This document shows, piece by piece, positions 52,595-62,441 of a stretch of DNA of 64,000 nucleotides. Origin of the DNA: an uncultured Planctomycetota bacterium (lineage in GTDB: Bacteria > Planctomycetota > Planctomycetia > Gemmatales > Gemmataceae). The stretch is from assembly GCA_963849325.1 (NCBI GenBank), contig CAWKHF010000007.1:384001-448000 (forward strand), written 5' to 3'. Under the pieces are notes generated by a model that saw only the letters and a list, made by a program, of their open reading frames with translations, was not told the DNA's origin and did not search any database. Position numbers and translations under genes: made by a program. Position 1 is the stretch's first letter, and each line of letters opens with the position of its first letter.

Positions 52595-53159
52595 TTACTT
52601 CTTGTGCTCCGCGCTGGGGTTGGCGATGCCGACGACGCCGCCGGCGATGCGAGGGCCAGCGTTCCCGGCTGGATCACTCTTTTGATCGTCTTCCCCGCCG
52701 TGGATGATGACAGCCCGGCCGACGATCGAGTGCGAACCGCTCAGGGCGATCAGCTTGTCCCTCAGGTGGATGGTGGCCTTGCCGCTGTCATCGGCGGTGA
52801 TGTTGCCGAGGTCGCCGACGTGGCGTTCCTCCGAAGTGGGGCCGCCATGCTTCTTCTTCTCGGGATTGAAGTGGCCGCCGTGGCATTTGGGATCGGCGGA
52901 GGAGCAATCGCCGAACTCGTGGATGTGGAAGCCGTGCTTGCCGGGTTTCAGGCCGCGGATCTCGCCGCTGATCTGCACGCCCTCGGCGGTCGCCGTGAAG
53001 TGGACGACGCCCTTGACGGGGCTGTCGCCGAAACCGTGGATGACGGCGACGGCCTTGGTGGGACCGCCGTGCTTGACCTCCTTCACTACTTCTTCTTGCG
53101 CCCAGCAGCACCATCGGTACCGCCAGCGCCACCATGGCAACGAGAACTCGCTTCATCAT
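52595..53159 (-). CDS. sodC: Periplasmic Cu/Zn superoxide dismutase; frameshift in the signal peptide near 53105
   Basis: HGFHIHEFG, GGHFNP, HGGP, RHVGDLGNI, IIH, GNAGPR; signal peptide MMKRVLVAMVALAVPMVLLG. Confidence 0.9.
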
Positions 53160-53247
53160 GGGACACCCTTTCTTCGTGGACCATCAAGTTTGTCAGGGCC
53201 GACGTGCGGTCATGCTATGACATCGGCCGAGCCGGTGCAAACGATTT

Positions 53248-55365
53248 CTAGCGGCCGCCCGGCGGTACGTACTTCTTCAGCCAGGCAAAGACCTCCTTGT
53301 GCCAGAATTCGCTGTTTTTCGGCTTGAGCACCCAATGCCCTTCATCGGGGAAGTTGATGAATTTCGCCGGCACGCCCAGGCGCTGCAGCGTGGTGAACAG
53401 CTCGTGTCCCTGACTGACGGGGACGCGAAAATCGAGATCGTTGTGGATAATGAGCATCGGCGTCTGGAAGTTCTTGGCATAGCGGTGCGGCGAGAATTTC
53501 TCATAGGAATGGCGGTTCTTGCCCCACGGTGGGCCGCCGTGCTCCCACTCGTCGAACCATAGTTCTTCGGTCAGGGCGTACATGCTATCGAAGTTGAAGA
53601 CGCCGCAGTGCGTGATGAGCGTCTGGAAGCGCGTCGTGTGGCCCTGGAACCAGTCCATCATGTAGCCGCCGAACGAGGCGCCGGCCGCGGCCATGCGCTT
53701 CTTGTCGATGTACGGCAGCTTCTCCAGGTAATCGACGCCTTTCATGAGGTCATCGAAGCACTTGCCGCCCCAATCGCCGCTGATCTCATCGACGAACTTC
53801 TGGCCGAAGCCGGTACTGCCGCGCGGATTGGGTAACGCCACGACGTAGCCTTGCGCCGCCCACAGCTCGGGGTTCCAGCGATAGCTCCAGCCGTCCTCCC
53901 AGGCGCCTTGCGGGCCGCCGTGAACGAGGTAGACGAGCGGCCATTTCTTATCGGGATCGAAGCCCGGCGGTTTCAGGATCCACATCTGCATCTCGCCGCC
54001 CTCGACCTTGACTTTGACACTCTCGGGGCGCGGCAGGTCAAGTTCGGCGAGGAGCGAAGCATCGGTGTGCAGAATTGTGTTCATTGCTGTGACATAGCCT
54101 TCCGACTCCTTTTCCTTCCGTATATAGCTCTGAAGAGTGTTCGGGTGGTTCAGCGCGGCATTCGTGCAAGCATAGCCGTGGCCGTCATTGCTCGTTGAAG
54201 GCGATCCATACGTTCCATCCGACCACAACTTCTTAACCGAGTTCTTCTCCCCGGCATCCAGCGAAACGGTGAATATCGGCCGCGAACCTTCGTCATCGGC
54301 AATGAGATAGAAGCGGTCGTTCCCGTCCCAGCAAAACTCATCGACCGCATGATCGAAGTGCTGCGTCAGACTGCGCGGCTTGCTGCGCCATGTTCCACTC
54401 GGATCGGTCGGAACGGCCTTCAACTCCCACTTGTCCGCCTCGAAGCCGGCCCGCTTCTGCGCTCGATACGCCAGCATTTTGCCATCCGGCGAGAACACCG
54501 GGCCGCTATCGGCCGCTTCGTTGTCCTTCGTCAGTGTTTCCCACTCCTTGCCGTTGCCGTTGATCGGCACGCGGCAAATGTCGTAGTTCGTGCTCCACGC
54601 CTCATCCTTCGCCGGCACTGCCGTGAAAACGAGATATTTACCGTCCGGAGAGAAGGTAAAGTTATCGCCGGTGCTGAAGGTGTTGGAGGTCGGATAAGCA
54701 TCGCGGTCGCCGGGCGTCACGTCCTTCGGTTCGCCGCCTTCGGCACTCATGACAAAAAGATGCTGTCGCTTGTCCTCGACGTAGCTATCCCAGTGACGGT
54801 AGAACAGCCGCGTGTGGACCTTCGCTTTTACCGGGTTCTTCTCGATTTCCTCCTTGCGTTTCTTGTTGAGGGCGTCGCTCTCCTTGAAGGGCTTGTCCGA
54901 GTATTCGGGATAGACCGCCGACACAAAGGCGATGCGTTGACCGTCGCGCGACCAGATGCCTCCCGACGCCTCCGTGCTGATTTTCGTCAATTGCCGGGCC
55001 TCGCCGCCGCCGATGTCGATGATCCACAGCTGATTGTCGCCGGAGCGATTGGACTCGAAGAGGATGCGTTTGCTGTCGGGACTCCAGCGCGGATGACGAT
55101 CTTTTTTGGTGGTATTGGTGAGCTGACGCAACTCGACCTTTTCGGTGCCAGTCAGCCACAATGAAGAGGAAGTTTTGTTGCCGTCGAGATCGACGGTGGT
55201 GGCGACGTAGACGACGAACTTGCCGTCGGGGCTGATTTGCGGATCGCTGACGCGCTGGAAGCGGAACAGGTCATCGATCCGCATGGGCCGTTTGCCATCG
55301 GCGAAAACGGCGGCCGGCGCGGCCAACAGAAGCAGAAAAACACACAGGACGGCGGAGCGTTCCAT
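53248..55365 (-). CDS. S9 family secreted peptidase (beta-propeller plus alpha/beta hydrolase)
   Basis: Signal peptide; PD40-like repeats SPDGK; HGGPQG, GASFGG, DFRV, DEGHW. Confidence 0.92.
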   Translation of the reverse strand: MERSAVLCVFLLLLAAPAAVFADGKRPMRIDDLFRFQRVSDPQISPDGKFVVYVATTVDLDGNKTSSSLWLTGTEKVELRQLTNTTKKDRHPRWSPDSKRILFESNRSGDNQLWIIDIGGGEARQLTKISTEASGGIWSRDGQRIAFVSAVYPEYSDKPFKESDALNKKRKEEIEKNPVKAKVHTRLFYRHWDSYVEDKRQHLFVMSAEGGEPKDVTPGDRDAYPTSNTFSTGDNFTFSPDGKYLVFTAVPAKDEAWSTNYDICRVPINGNGKEWETLTKDNEAADSGPVFSPDGKMLAYRAQKRAGFEADKWELKAVPTDPSGTWRSKPRSLTQHFDHAVDEFCWDGNDRFYLIADDEGSRPIFTVSLDAGEKNSVKKLWSDGTYGSPSTSNDGHGYACTNAALNHPNTLQSYIRKEKESEGYVTAMNTILHTDASLLAELDLPRPESVKVKVEGGEMQMWILKPPGFDPDKKWPLVYLVHGGPQGAWEDGWSYRWNPELWAAQGYVVALPNPRGSTGFGQKFVDEISGDWGGKCFDDLMKGVDYLEKLPYIDKKRMAAAGASFGGYMMDWFQGHTTRFQTLITHCGVFNFDSMYALTEELWFDEWEHGGPPWGKNRHSYEKFSPHRYAKNFQTPMLIIHNDLDFRVPVSQGHELFTTLQRLGVPAKFINFPDEGHWVLKPKNSEFWHKEVFAWLKKYVPPGGR

Positions 55366-55484
55366 GAAATCCCCTTCGTCAAAAGCATTCCCGGATGCGT
55401 GCCGCTCGCCGTCTGGCGATTATCCCGGACGGCACTTCCCCTACATTGACGAGGAGGCATCGCGGACGCAAGGGAGTAATCGCC

Positions 55485-55947
55485 ATGATAAAGACGAAAC
55501 GCTGGGACGAGCCGCGCGAAGCCGACGACGGCTTCCGCCTGCTGATCTGTCGTTATCGCCCGCGCGCCCTGCCGAAGAAGAAGGAGACGTGGGATCTGTG
55601 GTGGAGCCAGCTCGGTCCCAGCAAGGAACTGCACGCCGCCTTCTACGGCAAACACGGACAGACGCCGATCACCTGGGAGGAATACCGCCGACGTTATCTG
55701 GAGGAAATGCAGGGAGAAAAGCAACAGGAGAGCATCGCCATCCTGGCCGAGAAGATTCGCGGGCATGACGCTGACGCTGCTGTGTTCGTCGGCCTGCACC
55801 GATGCGGCGCACTGTCACCGTTCGTTGTTGAAACAACTGATCGAGAACGAGGTAGGCCGCCTGCCGCAGCGGTTGGATGGACTCGGGGGTATACTATCCA
55901 AGGAGAGCAAATCCATCGACACGAAGGAGACACGCTATGACAGCTAA
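55485..55947 (+). CDS. DUF488 (YeaO-like) family protein; frameshift near 55760, end uncertain
   Basis: DDGFRLLICRYRPR, LGPSKEL, WEEYRRRYLEEM, TLTLLC....CHRSLL. Confidence 0.75.
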
Positions 55948-56149
55948 CTATACCGCCGTGGTGCAACAAGATGGCGAATGGTGGATTGGCTGGGTCGAGG
56001 AGGTTCCTGGAGTCAATTCGCAAGGAAGTACCCGGGAAGAGTTACTGGAGAACCTCCGCGATGCTCTGGACGAAGCGCTGGAAATGAACCGAGCGGAGGC
56101 ACGAGCGGCCGCGAGCGGTACCTTCGAGGAGGTGAGCCTTCGCGCGTGA
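55937..56149 (+). CDS. hicB: HicB-family antitoxin (short, no obvious DNA-binding domain)
   Basis: AAGGAG RBS; YTAVVQQDGEWWIGWVEEVPGVNSQGSTREELLENL. Confidence 0.85.
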   Translation: MTANYTAVVQQDGEWWIGWVEEVPGVNSQGSTREELLENLRDALDEALEMNRAEARAAASGTFEEVSLRA

Positions 56150-56331
56150 AACGGCACGAAGTGATCGAACACCTTCGCCGACACGGATGCGTCTTCGTCC
56201 GCGAGGGCCGACGCCATTCGTGGTGGGGAAATCCGGCGAACAACCGCCGTTCGACCGTTCCGCGACACGCCGAAATACCCGATCGGCTCGTCCGCAAGAT
56301 TTGTCGTGATCTTGGGATCGCAGCGCCTTGA
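56146..56331 (+). CDS. hicA: HicA-family mRNA interferase toxin
   Basis: GTGA overlap; LRRHGCVFVREGRRHSWW...TVPRH...KICRDLGI. Confidence 0.88.
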   Translation: MKRHEVIEHLRRHGCVFVREGRRHSWWGNPANNRRSTVPRHAEIPDRLVRKICRDLGIAAP

Positions 56332-56343
56332 AGAGCGGCGCGG

Positions 56344-58385
56344 TCACGGCGCCTTCTTGACCTCTACCGGCACAACTTCTCCCCTGAGATGTTTCGGATC
56401 GGTGACGAGGAGGTCGGAGGCTTGGACACCTTGCACAATTTCCACTTCGTCCGCACCGATGTGGCCCATCGTTACGGGGGTCCGATGCGCTTTCCCATCG
56501 CGGACCACATACACTCCTCCTTTCCAAGAAATGCTCCGTCCCACTACTTCCTGTATCAGCTCGTACAAGCACGATCTCGGCGCCACCACGGTGCCCATCG
56601 GGACTTTCTGGAAGTGGATCGTGACCTTGGCATCCATCCCCGGCAGAAGGCGGCCCTCGGCATTGGGCACGTCGATTTCCACCCGCATGGTCCGATCCTC
56701 GCGGTCGAGAACGGGGCTGAAGCGCGTCACCCTCAAGCCGCTGATGCGACCGCTCGTTTGGGAGTATAGCTCGACCGGATCGCCGCGCGACAGCCGCCCA
56801 GCGTATTCGCCGGGCAGTTGAAGCCACAGACGCACCGGATCAACGCTTTGCACCGTCACCAGCGGTACCAGCAAGCGCGAATCGCTGACCTGGACGAAGT
56901 TGCCGGGATCGGCGGTTCGCCGCGTTACCACGCCATCGAAGGCGGCTGTCAGGCGCATGGAACTCTCCTGGATGCGCGCCTTGTCCAGCGCTGCCTGAGT
57001 CATTTCTGCGTTGGCCTTGGCCGCCTTCACGGCCGCCCTGGCCTGAGCGAATTTGCCCTTCTTGACCTTCACGTCGGCTTTGGCGGCGGCGATCAGGCCA
57101 AGGGGTCTGCGCCTGTGGACTGCTCTAACCTTTTGAGACTGGCTTCGGCGGACTCCACGTCGGTCTGGGCCATGACGGCCTGCGCCTCGGCTTCCTCGAC
57201 CTGCGCCTGGGCCATCTGCAAGGCAGCCTTGGCCTGCGTCACTTCCGTGCTCAGCAGCGGCGCATCGAGGACGACCAGCGTTTGTCCCTTCTTTACGCGA
57301 TCGCCAATGTCCACATTGACTTCCTTGATGGTCCCGGAAATCATCGGCACGAGCTGTTGTTGCCGCGCCGCCACGACGGAGGCCGAACCTACTGCCTCTT
57401 GGATGAGTCCGCGCCCTGCCGGCTTGACCACGCGCACGGCGATCGGCTTCGCATCCGGCTTGCGCGGGGCTTCCGGTTTAGGTGGAGGAGCTTCCGCTTT
57501 CGTTTCCGGTTGCGGAGCTGCCGTCAGAGCATGAGTCAGTACGCCGCCGGCCGCCAGAACGCCGGTGACGAACAACACCAACACCGCCATCTTGATTTTG
57601 GTCACGAACATGGTCCTCAACACTCCTTCCGCCAACGCCGCCGCGCGGGGCGAAATCGGCCCACCCGACGACAATCCGGCAAATGACCGCGCTGCCCGAA
57701 CGGCGCCCCGCATCAGAGAGATGGCTGGAGTCGCTTCCGCCGCGCGCTGTCCCAGTGCCGTCATCAGCGCCGCCGCCGGCAACATCACGCCGCGACGTAC
57801 CAAGCGCCGACGCAGCATGTCGCGTCCGCGCGACAACCGCGAGTAAATCGTGCCGGGACGACAACCCAGCTCCCGCGCCGCTTCCTCGTTGGTCTTTCCT
57901 TCCAGATAGCACAGCACGAACGGCCGCCGCAGCCGCTCGGGCAGACGATTCAGTTCTTCATCGAGGACCGGCCGCAGGTCATTCCAGATGGGATCAGGCG
58001 CCGATTGGATGGCCAGGATTTCGCCCCCGGACTTCTCCCGCGCCGCGATCTTGTCCGCCCGCGCTCGGGCTTCGAGGGCGGTGCGATAGGCGACCTTGTA
58101 CAGCCAACTGGAAACGGAGCCACGTCGGACGATGGCGTGCGCTTGTCGGACGAAGGCGAGAAAGGTGGCCTGGAAAGCGTCTTCGGCGTCGTGTTCGCGG
58201 GGCAGCAGACGGCGGCAGACGTTGAATACCAGTGTGCCGTGTCGCCACAGCAGCAACTCGAAGGCGGCTTCATCGCGGTGGCGGACGTAGCGCTCCAGCA
58301 GTTCGCCATCGCTCAGGCCGGCATCGTCGGCGCCGGCGATATGATGGAGGTAGCGAACGACATCGCTGAGTTTCCGCCGCGCCAT
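56344..58385 (-). CDS. ECF sigma factor - TM - efflux periplasmic adaptor (MFP) fusion, copy 2; frameshift near 57100
   Basis: Sigma r2 DAEDAFQATFL, r4 LEGKTNEEAARELGCRPGTIYSRL; TM VLVLFVTGVLAAGG; MFP VDIGDRVKKGQ, AAFDGVVTRR, LLPGM. Confidence 0.85.
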
Positions 58386-58439
58386 GATCTGTCCTCTCGC
58401 CGAATAGGTCCACGATTGGCGAAGCCGCACGCAGCGCGA

Positions 58440-60604
58440 TCATGGCGCCTTCTTGATCTCGACCGGCACGATCTCGCCCTCCAGGCCGCGCGGATCGACC
58501 ACGACGCGATCCTTGGCTTGCACGCCGGAGAGGATCTCCGACTTCCCTCCGCTCCTCGTACCTACCCGAACCGGCGTCAAGTGGGCCTTGCCGTCCCGGA
58601 TAACGTAAACGAAGTCGTGCTGCCTCGGCGGATCGCACAACAGGCACGAACTCGGCACCGTGACGGCGTTCGGCGAGGGCTTGGCGAGATGAAGTGTAAC
58701 GTGCAGGAACATGCCGGGCCGCAGGAGGTCCTTTGGATTGGGCACATCGATTTCCACCGGCATCGTGCTGGACTTTTCATCCAGGGCGAAGCCGATGCGC
58801 GACACTTTGCACGCGGGAAGTTGCACGTCGGGCAGCGCGCCGATCTGCAGATCGACCGGGACACCGGGGCGGACGAACGGGATCTCGTTTTCCGCAACCT
58901 CGGCCACGACCCGCACCGAGTCCGTCCGCTGAACGATCAACAAAGGTCGTCCCGAACCGGCATTGTTCGCCGAGAAGAAATTGCCGTCGTCGAAGTTCCG
59001 CCGCGTGACGACGCCGTCGAAGTTGGATCGAATCTGGGTGGACTCGACCTGGAGGCGGGCCTTGTCGAGGGCGAACCGAACCATCATCACGTTGGCCTTG
59101 GCGCTCTCCAGGGCCGCCCTGGCGCTTTCGACCTTACTTTCGGTGACCGCCACATCGGAGCGCGCGCTGGTCAGGGCGACTTCGGCTGACCCTAACTCTT
59201 CCTGGGCCGCTTCGCGCCGGTCCTCCTGCTCATCGACGAGTCGCGCGTCAATCGACCTCTCTTTAAGCAACTCCTTGTAGCGCTCGGCTTGCTTGGTGCG
59301 GAATGCCAGGTTGGCTTTACTGGACTTCACCTTGCCCTCAAACGCCTTGACGCGATCCGTGGCCGCCTTGACCTCGGCCGCCGCGGTGGCGACCCGTCCC
59401 TCCGCCTCCCGAACCTGTCCTCTCGCCAGCGCGACGGTAGCCTCAGCCTGCCGTGCCTCCACGAGCAGCAGCGGCGCATCAATCTCCGCCAAAAGATCGC
59501 CCTTTTTTACGCGGTCGCCGATGTCAACGAGCTGTCGTTTCAAGTACCCGGAGACAGCCGGATAGACCTGCTGCTGCGTGGCAGCTCGGACGTGGCCGGT
59601 GTACTGCGACGTTCGTTCCAGCCCTCCCGGCGTGGGCCGGACCACCTGCACGACCGTCTTCTTGGACTCGTCTTTCCGCGCAACCTCCGGCGGGACCGGC
59701 AGCGCCTGCTTCGGAGGCTCCGGCTGCGGGGCCGCCGTCAACGCTTGCCGGGTCACAGCGCCGCCCGCCGCCAGCAGTCCGACGACGAACAACACCAGCG
59801 CCGCCATCTTGATTTTGGTCACGAACATGGTCCTCAACACTCCTTCCGCCAATGCCGTCACTTGTATCGGGATACTGTCGCCGACCGCCCGTCCGCCCGC
59901 GAAGAGCAGGGCGGCCCGTGTCGTCGTCGCCAAGAGCGAAGCCGTCGGGACGGCCTCGGCCGCGCGCTGTCCCAGTGCCGTCATCAGGGCCGCCGCCGGC
60001 AGCATCACGCCACGACGCGAAAGCCGCCGACGCAGCATGTCGCGTCCGCGCGACAGCCGCGAGTAAATCGTGCCCGGACGACAACCGAGTTCGCGCGCCG
60101 CTTCGTCGTTCGTTTTTCCTTCGAGATAACAGAGCACGAACGGCCGCCGCAGCCGCTCGGGCAGACGATTCACTTCTTCGTCAAGGATGGGGCGCAAGTC
60201 ATTCCAGAGAGGATCAGCCGCGGGTTGAACGGCCAGGGCTTCACCGCCGGACTTCTCCCGCGCCGCGATCTTGTTCGCCCTCGCCCTGGCTTCGAGGGCA
60301 GTGCGGTAGGCAACCTTGTACAACCAGCTGGAGACGGAGCCGCCGCGGACGATGGCATGGGCCTGTGCACGAAAGCGAGGAAGGTGGCTTGAAAAGCGTC
60401 TTCGGCGTCGTGTTCGCGGTGCAGCAGGCGGCGGCAGACATTGAGCACCAAGGCGCCGTGCCGCCACAGGAGTAACTCGAAGGCAGCCTCGTCGCGATGG
60501 CGGACATAACGCTCCAGCAGCTCGGCATCGCTCAGACTGGCGCCGTCGTTGCCGACAAGCTGTTGGAGGTAGCGGACGACCGCGCTGAGCTTTCGCCGCG
60601 CCAT
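58440..60604 (-). CDS. ECF sigma factor - TM - efflux periplasmic adaptor (MFP) fusion, copy 1; frameshift near 60365
   Basis: Same architecture; VSGYLKRQLVDIGDRVKKGD, long coiled coil, SNFDGVVTRR, LRPGMF; the paralog shows the single missing base. Confidence 0.87.
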
Positions 60605-60699
60605 GATCTGTCCTCCCGTCGTTGCCCTCGCCTCTGTCCTTTATAGAGGGAACACACGCGGAGGTTCTTCCCCTTTTTTTCGGCGGATTGGGCCGATGG

Positions 60700-62200
60700 T
60701 CAGGTGGCGATCACTTCAAACAGATGATGACCCCACGCCGCCAGGTCCAGGTACAGACCGTGTGACACCATCTCGTTGCCGTCGCGCTCGTACTGCGCGG
60801 TGCTGAGCAGATCGCGCAGCAGCACGCGCTTGCCGCGCAGCTCGGCGAAGGGCAGCTCGACATAGCACTGTCCGCGCGCCGGGCCGAAGAGGATCGCCGC
60901 CAGCAGTCGTGGCCCCGGTCCCGGCTCCCAGCCGAAGGCGAGAAACTGATCCACGGTCGTGTTGCCCTCCCACGCCGGCCGACAGTTGTGCAGCGTCCAG
61001 CGGCCGTTGCGCAGCTGCGGACGCTTCAGGCATTCGAGCAGCTTGTCGTAAAACGCTTGCACGACGGGATCGACCGACTCGGCACGACGGCGAGCGAGGT
61101 GGATCGACGCATGCGCCCGCCGGCCCTCCAGCTGTCCCTCGTGAAAGAAGCGCAGGCCCGGCGTCAGGTACGTCAGCAGGGCGGCTGGTCTGTGGACCTC
61201 GGGCGGAAACACGGCCGCCGCTCGCTTCTCATCGTGGTTCTCCAGGAAGCGGGCGCAGCGATTCTGAAACGACAGCGGGGCGCTGAGGTGGGAACGCACG
61301 GGGCCGGCCTTCCGTTCGCGCAGCCGATCGTACAACCGTTTGTCGTAGGTGTACGTGAACCCTTGTTGCTGCAACACCCACTCCAGATCCCAGTACACCT
61401 CGGCCAATAACAGGAAATCGGGATGGCGGGAGCGCACCTCGGCGATGGCCTGCGGCCAGAACGGCTCATCGACGGCCGCGCTGTCGTCGGCCGGCCGGGC
61501 GGCGTCGCCCCACGTTTTCAGGAACACGTCGGGCAAGAGCAGCATGGCCATGTCGCAGCGCACGCCGTCGCAGCGGTCGGCGACGCCCGCCAGTTCGGCC
61601 CGCATGGCGGCACGCAGCCCGGCGTGACGGTAGTTGAGCTGCAGGGTATCCGGCCAACCGGGGAAGTACGGATCGCGGCCGTGGGCCAGGATCCGGGTGC
61701 GGTCACCGCTGAGGATGCGGCGCCAGTTGTGCGGCTCGCGCTTCAGGTCCGCCTCACGGCCGGACACGTAAAACTCGGGGTGCGCCTGCGTCCAGGAATG
61801 ATCGAGGGCGGTGTGATTGGGCACGAAGTCGAGCAGCAGACGCAGACCGCGTTGGTGCAGCCGTTGGCGGAGGCGGGCCAGCGCTTCGTCGCCCCCGAAA
61901 TCGCGGTGGACCGTGTACGCCTGGACCGCGAACGGCGAACCGCAGATGTCGTCTTCCGTCACGTCAGGCAGGTCTTGCGGATAGCCGCGCCGCCATTCCG
62001 GCAGCGTGCGCGAAACCTCCCGTCCGGCCGGGCCGGTCTGCCAGACGCCGAGCATCCAGACCACGTCGAAACCGAGTCGCACCAGGCGATCGAGCAGTGC
62101 GTCGGGGATGTCATCGAGGGTGGCCCGCGGCTCCGATCTCGCCCAGCAGGATGCGCGTGTTGATCTGGTACAGAGAGGGGCAAGGAGGCAGCGGGTTCAC
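60700..62200 (-). CDS. GH13 alpha-amylase-family glycoside hydrolase; frameshift near 62125
   Basis: LYQINTR, LDFVPNH, DGVRCDMA, LAEVYW, FLENHDE. Confidence 0.88.
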
Positions 62201-62441
62201 GAAGGACTCCGGCGAACGAAGTGCATGAGGTCCGGCATTGGGCGCGGCGCCTCCAGAGCTTCATATGCCGCCACGGTATCGCCGGCCAGTTCCTCTTCTT
62301 GGAGTCCCGCATCGGAGAGGAGGCCACTCGGCGAGCGGAGCAAACTGGTCTGGCATGACGGGGATTTCTTCGTATGATGCCGCCCCGGATGGGGGCTGGA
62401 CGTCCCGGCCCCCCTCAAGTCCACGGGATGGGCAATTCGCC

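Noticed and set aside
60605-60699. Autoregulatory ECF promoter (GAACCT...TCTAT on the minus strand)
   Set aside because: The spacer is only 14 nt and there is no second copy to support a consensus
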